DNA of 52,078 nt, counting the filler, from Dimargaris cristalligena (Eukaryota), in the NCBI GenBank assembly GCA_003614675.1. It is 2 parts of 2 records of this genome, joined end to end, with 100 filler letters (N's around TTAATTAATTAA, not from the genome) between each part and the next. Parts side by side here need not be neighbours in the genome. Positions count along the whole stretch, not along the records: positions 26,103 to 52,078 come from ML002549.1; 1 more part is not named here. One strand, written 5' to 3'. Made by a program: the position numbers and the translations under genes. The notes below the pieces were generated by a model, which saw only the letters and a program-made list of their open reading frames with translations, did not search any database and had not been told where the DNA came from. Below are positions 47,353-52,078 of this stretch, piece by piece. Positions within the stretch are counted from its first letter, which is position 1, and every line of letters starts with the position of its first letter.

Positions 47353-50029
47353 ATGCTGCCCAATACCGACACCTCGAGCGTAAGCAGCACTCGCTTCCGC
47401 GTGATCACTCTAGCCTACGGCCTTCAACTAGCCCTGGCCCACCGGGACTTCCCCCGCGCCACTCGCATTCTCGCTGCCCTCTACAGTTTCGGCAATGCTC
47501 CCAATGAGCTCCTCTGGAAGGTAAACCTACATTTACCCCGCCACGCGCATTCATTCCCCCATAACCACTCACTCATACTGCTTTGCCTCCTCCCAAACAC
47601 ATATCATGGTGATTATCATTACATTATAATCGCTGCTGATCCAGGGCTTTGTGAGTAGTCTAGTGGTTCTTCTTAATATTACCCCTCCTCCTCCCTGTCT
47701 CCGTTACTGGATAATAGAGAAACTAATGCAATATACACACATGTCAACAATACCTCTCTCGCCGTCTTACATCGGCTCTGGATATTCCCAACCATGTTTT
47801 TGCTGCGACATTTAGCCGGCGATGATGGCCCTCCGCCAAAATGGCAGTTTTAAAGAGACCGAGGCGTTTCTAGAACGCCATATCAAAATGAACGAGCCTA
47901 TTGTAAGTTACTATTATCATTCCCAACTTACTGCTCCCCCCTCTAACTATTTCCCCCTTCCAAAAAAAAGCGACCGACCTAGCTGATACTAACCTCGGAC
48001 CCACGACACTATACCTGCACCGTCCCAGAAAGCGGAGCTCGTTCAAGAGCTCATAAACTACCGGCTGGACCGCGAATCGCCCGCAGATGTCCATCAAGAG
48101 AAGTAGTAGGTTCCATTGGGTCAATCCTAGTTTATACGGCGCGTTCCTACTTCATGGGGTTTATTGTGCAAATCGCTAATCAGGTTCTTTGATAGAACCC
48201 ATCGATGTCCATCTGAGAGTCTCCAGCTGTTCTATATTAACGATGGCCACCACCATTGGTATAATTCCTCTTGCCTGTACCCCCCCCTCTCTCTTCTCTA
48301 CTGCCCTACCATACAGCGACGACTCTCAGGTGAAATCAACTCCCCTGTTGCAGGGCTACATGGGCACGCTCCTACTGGCCAACCATGACCGGAGTATACT
48401 GGAGCAGTCCCCCGCCGAATTAACCCAGCCCCAATTCCCCGACCCTCTGGAGTCTCTGTGGTACTTTCCTCTCGCACCCCCTGAAGAGAATGCCTTTCGT
48501 AGCATCTTTGGTACGTTTCCTCACTTAAAGGTCTCTAACCCGTTACGCGGACCTCCTCTCTGTTCAGTCCACACACCCTTTTTTCAGTCTTTCAATGTCA
48601 TTCCTTACTAACACACCCTCCTCCTGTTTGACCAACGGTTGTCCCAATAATAGGCCTGTCCCAAAGCAATGACCCAAAGGATGCAATTAATCATTTTGAA
48701 AAGGCCCTATTAGCCCAACCCCTTGATTTTTTCCTACCCACTTACCTGCACGCCCTCTTACGGGTGGGTCGCAAAAATGAGGCCAAGAAAGTAATCCTGG
48801 ACTTTTGCTTCGAATTTCCTGATAACTTGAATGGCCACCGCCTGGCCCTTTCTCTACTACACGCCGACTTAATCACGGATCGCCGCGCTTGGGTTAAGCT
48901 GGCCCAACGTTATGTGGAATTGGACCCGGTCAGCGACTGGGAGCGGGTATTTATTCCCCTCTGCTCCCACTATGAGAGTAAGCGAATATTTTCGTTCTAC
49001 CCGTTTCCACCACCAACTATTATAGAGGCACCTGTAGACGATCCCAACCGGTTATTTGGTACCCCCTGCCTTGTATGGCGTAGCCCCCCCTCCTCATCCC
49101 ATCCCAAATTATTGATCTAATACTCCCCTCCCCCCGCCTATCCTCCCTATACTATATTTACATACACTCCGCTGCACCATTCATATTACCAGGCCTAATA
49201 TCCGCCGGCTATCATGCCCATCTCTATGATTTAATCCACTTGGTTGTCGATCGAATCGAGGCAACTCAGGGCGAGGGAGAAGGAGTCTGGCTCAAATTGG
49301 CCGACATTTACTATTGTTGCGAGTAAGTTCACCCTCCATTGCCTGTTGCTCTATCTCTACTCGAAATCAAGCACAACTATCAATTACGGAGTATTTGCGA
49401 AGAGCTCGTATTCAGTTTTCTCCAATATCATTTTGGCCATATATATATTGACTAAACCTTTATCACATTGCTTATCTCTGACCAATTATCCTGCAATGCT
49501 GGTATAATGTTTCGCGGAGTAGGGACCCGGCCTATCGAACGATACTCAAAGAAGAAGTTCAGACTCGGATTTGGAAACCCCGGGCAGACTGGTGGACCAA
49601 ATTATACTTTGATAACACCCGACTAGCCCAGTTGACCCCCCCTCGAGTGACAGGTAGCCGCCCCCTTTTCCTATTATTTCTGGTATAGTCGCTAAATACG
49701 GAATACCCTGTCGTTTTGACTGAGATCCCTTATTAGGTATATTGATGTATGGAGACATTCCTTAAAGTTCTTGGAAGATATTGCAACCGCCCACTTTCTT
49801 TTTAACTAACCACCCGTATTCCCAACTCGTGACCCGGTGATATATATCCATTGTGGTGCATACCTCTTCTCTGTCTTGGGCAGTGCGACATGTGCTACTT
49901 TTTATTTGTGCCGCATATATCTATCCCAGCGACCATCAGACCTTCGCGATTGCCAAAATTATAACCAAAGATCTGCCCCTACCATTTGTTAAACTCATTA
50001 CTCGGTATCTCAGTGCTACTGTTCGGTAG
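47353..50029 (+). CDS. TAF1A/Rrn11-like RNA polymerase I initiation factor (TPR-like), ~8 exons
   Basis: LQLALAHRDFPRATRILAAL..LWK, LLQGYMGTL, AINHFEKAL, PDNLNGHRL and WKPRADWWTKLYF. Exons 47353-47520, 47816-47902, 48029-48102 (weak donor gtagta), 48317-48510, 48654-48977, 49193-49322, 49523-49653 and 49884-50029. Confidence 0.65.
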
Positions 50030-50616
50030 CCGGTCAATATTAATTAAAGGACAAAACTAGACGCGCATTTTTATTGAAATATTCCCCCGGCATTGACCTC
50101 CCTAACCCAGCATACTATACACCCCTTTACAAGTACATTTGAGAGGCTTTATACACATCTCTTGAAACACTACCTATTTGGATTTCCTAAATTACTAAAC
50201 CATACGGGTAAAATTTAATCCGCATGTATAGGGTTTTTAATGTGCAGTAGACGATAGAAAAGATTCTTAATAGTACATAGGCCTTACCAACCGGATTTCC
50301 CGCTATACAGTTGGACTAAGATTCTTCCGTGGTATTTGTCAGTATTGTTGCTATAAAACGGGAATTCGTTAAGCAACCTGCATCCGCTGAGAAGAAATGT
50401 GGGAAGCACCGAAATCAGGCCACCACTCTGCTATAATTTATGCCATATCAGGGAAAGTGTGGTTAAAAGCCGCCCATTTCCTATCCATGCCTAGGGAACT
50501 CGGTCTTAGTTTTGTGAACCTTACTACTACTACCACCACTACTTTCGTATTATACTGCTCCTGCTTGCTATGCGTGTCTCCCCTTCGTTTTCCTTGGTCG
50601 TTGGCGTAGTCGAGAC

Positions 50617-51993
50617 ATGTCCTCCAATCTCCCCACTTATTCCACCGACCCTAATGGTCCTCCGCATCCCCTGTGCCCCACCGGCCTCAAACTGCTGCTG
50701 TGTATATTGAACCCAGCCCACCATTTACTGGGCCACCTGTTTATTCGCCATCTCCACCAACTGGACCAATTCCACATGGCAGTCGTCTGTCGGACGTTCC
50801 GCCCCTTCGTCACCTCAGCCTACTAGATAGACCTACGGATTCGGCTGAACATTGACCTCGGCGACGGCCTTGCTCAATTTATCAGTCGCTATCGTCCGCG
50901 TGTACGCCATTTAGAGCTTACCCGCGTGGGGCAGGTTGGAGTACCCTGGTCCAATCGACTCCGTTTACTCTTTAGCCAACTATCTCACCTACACACAGTC
51001 AAATTCTACCTACCTGAATTGGATTCTTGGTTAGGGTTTTTCAATTGTTTAGCAAGCCTTGCTCATCCACCTCATAAATTAGATGTTTTACATTTTCCGC
51101 GTGCACTGACCGCTTATCGATCCACCTGGCTTGATCCAAAGCAATACTCTCCAGAGGCGTTACATGATATATGGAATCAGCTCCAGGATCCCATCCTAGA
51201 CACCCAGACCATGGATGACGGCGTCGTCATTCAAACCTTAGTTGACTATCCTCATTTTCGGCGCCTGCAACCCCGCAGAGACTGGCCTGATGATAGCCTT
51301 CGCCAGACAGGCCCGGGATTTCACCCTGAAACAATCGATAATATGTTGTCCATTAAGAATTGGAATTGTCGCCTCTTGTATAGTCCCCACCAGCCGTATC
51401 CCCAGCAGCTGGTAACCCTTAGTTTGCGCGTCGGCCAAGGAATAGACCAACTGCAGGCTCTTGGCCATATAACTGAATCAAGGTATCCTTATTTGACTAA
51501 CCTGACCATCAGATTTAGACTGTATCCATCACTATCCCCCGATGAGGAAGAGGTTATATCCCATTTTTTCAAACTACCTTGGGCACGACTTACGACATTG
51601 GGCATAATTGGCAAAGTTAGAATTTCTGATCTCGGTCTACTTATTGCCCAGAGTTACCCAAATCTCCGCACCTTTACCCTAATTGATCCTGTTGATTTTA
51701 CAGCTACCACCCCTCTACAAATATTATCCAGTTGTCCAAAGCTCAAGTCCCTGACTGTATACGATGGCAGCGTCCATTTTATGCGCCGTCTAGCTGACCT
51801 AGACATATATTCTAGTGTACTACCCGGGGTGTCCGGCCTATTGCCAGCGGCCTTCGGAATTTGCATAGAGGCAACGGCCTCTTTATCAACCCGGCCAGAA
51901 GTCGCAGCGGCCAGCTCCCTGGTGGTAGAAGATGGGAGGTTCGCGGAGTTGGAGGAGACAGGGGCGGAGTTGGGCGTCGTCATGGCGGGATAA
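50617..51993 (+). pseudogene. F-box/LRR-like reading frame interrupted by an in-frame TAG (50824-50826); pseudogene or recoded gene
   Basis: ORFs 50617-50826 and 50926-51993 are in the same frame, separated only by one TAG. F-box-like LLGHLFIRHLHQLDQFHMAVVCRTFR; LRR-like YPYLTNLTI, WARLTTLGI, YPNLRTFTL and CPKLKSLTV. Confidence 0.65.
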
Positions 51994-52078
51994 CGGAGGG
52001 ATGGGTAATCAATGGAACAAAACGGAGAACGGGGGATATAAACGAGGTATAAGGTTTATTGGGATATAAAAAACGGTG

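Noticed and set aside
4042..50029. TAG stop-codon reassignment as an explanation of in-frame TAGs
   Set aside because: TAG terminates the PHD, HCCS, NPP and TAF1A-like genes at plausible C-termini, and long conserved ORFs contain no internal TAG.

Overview
Eukaryotic (fungal) genomic DNA with short GT-AG introns. The gene content suggests an early-diverging lineage such as Zoopagomycota (inference). An artificial 100-nt spacer (44 N + TTAATTAATTAA + 44 N, 26003-26102) joins two sequence pieces, so synteny across it cannot be assumed. The left piece holds an Rco1-like double-PHD protein, DBR1, tRNA-Ser(GCT), a CLC chloride channel, a mitochondrial PPR-like protein, fungalysin (M36), URI/Bud27, holocytochrome c synthase and glutamate decarboxylase (cut by the spacer). 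The right piece starts with ~10 kb of gene-poor, repeat-bearing DNA carrying two orphan secreted-protein genes. It continues with a LisH (Flo8/SSDP-like) co-regulator, a C1orf109/AIRIM-like protein, a CENP-P-like kinetochore protein, an NPP/ENPP phosphodiesterase, a TAF1A/Rrn11-like factor and an F-box/LRR ORF interrupted by an in-frame TAG. The most interesting items are a secreted precursor with venom-peptide-like architecture (seven X-Pro dipeptides then ILKKIL-GKK), a structured element in the 585-nt NPP intron 1, a three-copy TA-flanked MITE family, three +1 frameshifts at G/C 7-mers, a TAG where an F-box Trp is expected, and a GC-AG intron in DBR1. All gene models and homologies were assigned by eye; no database searches were run.
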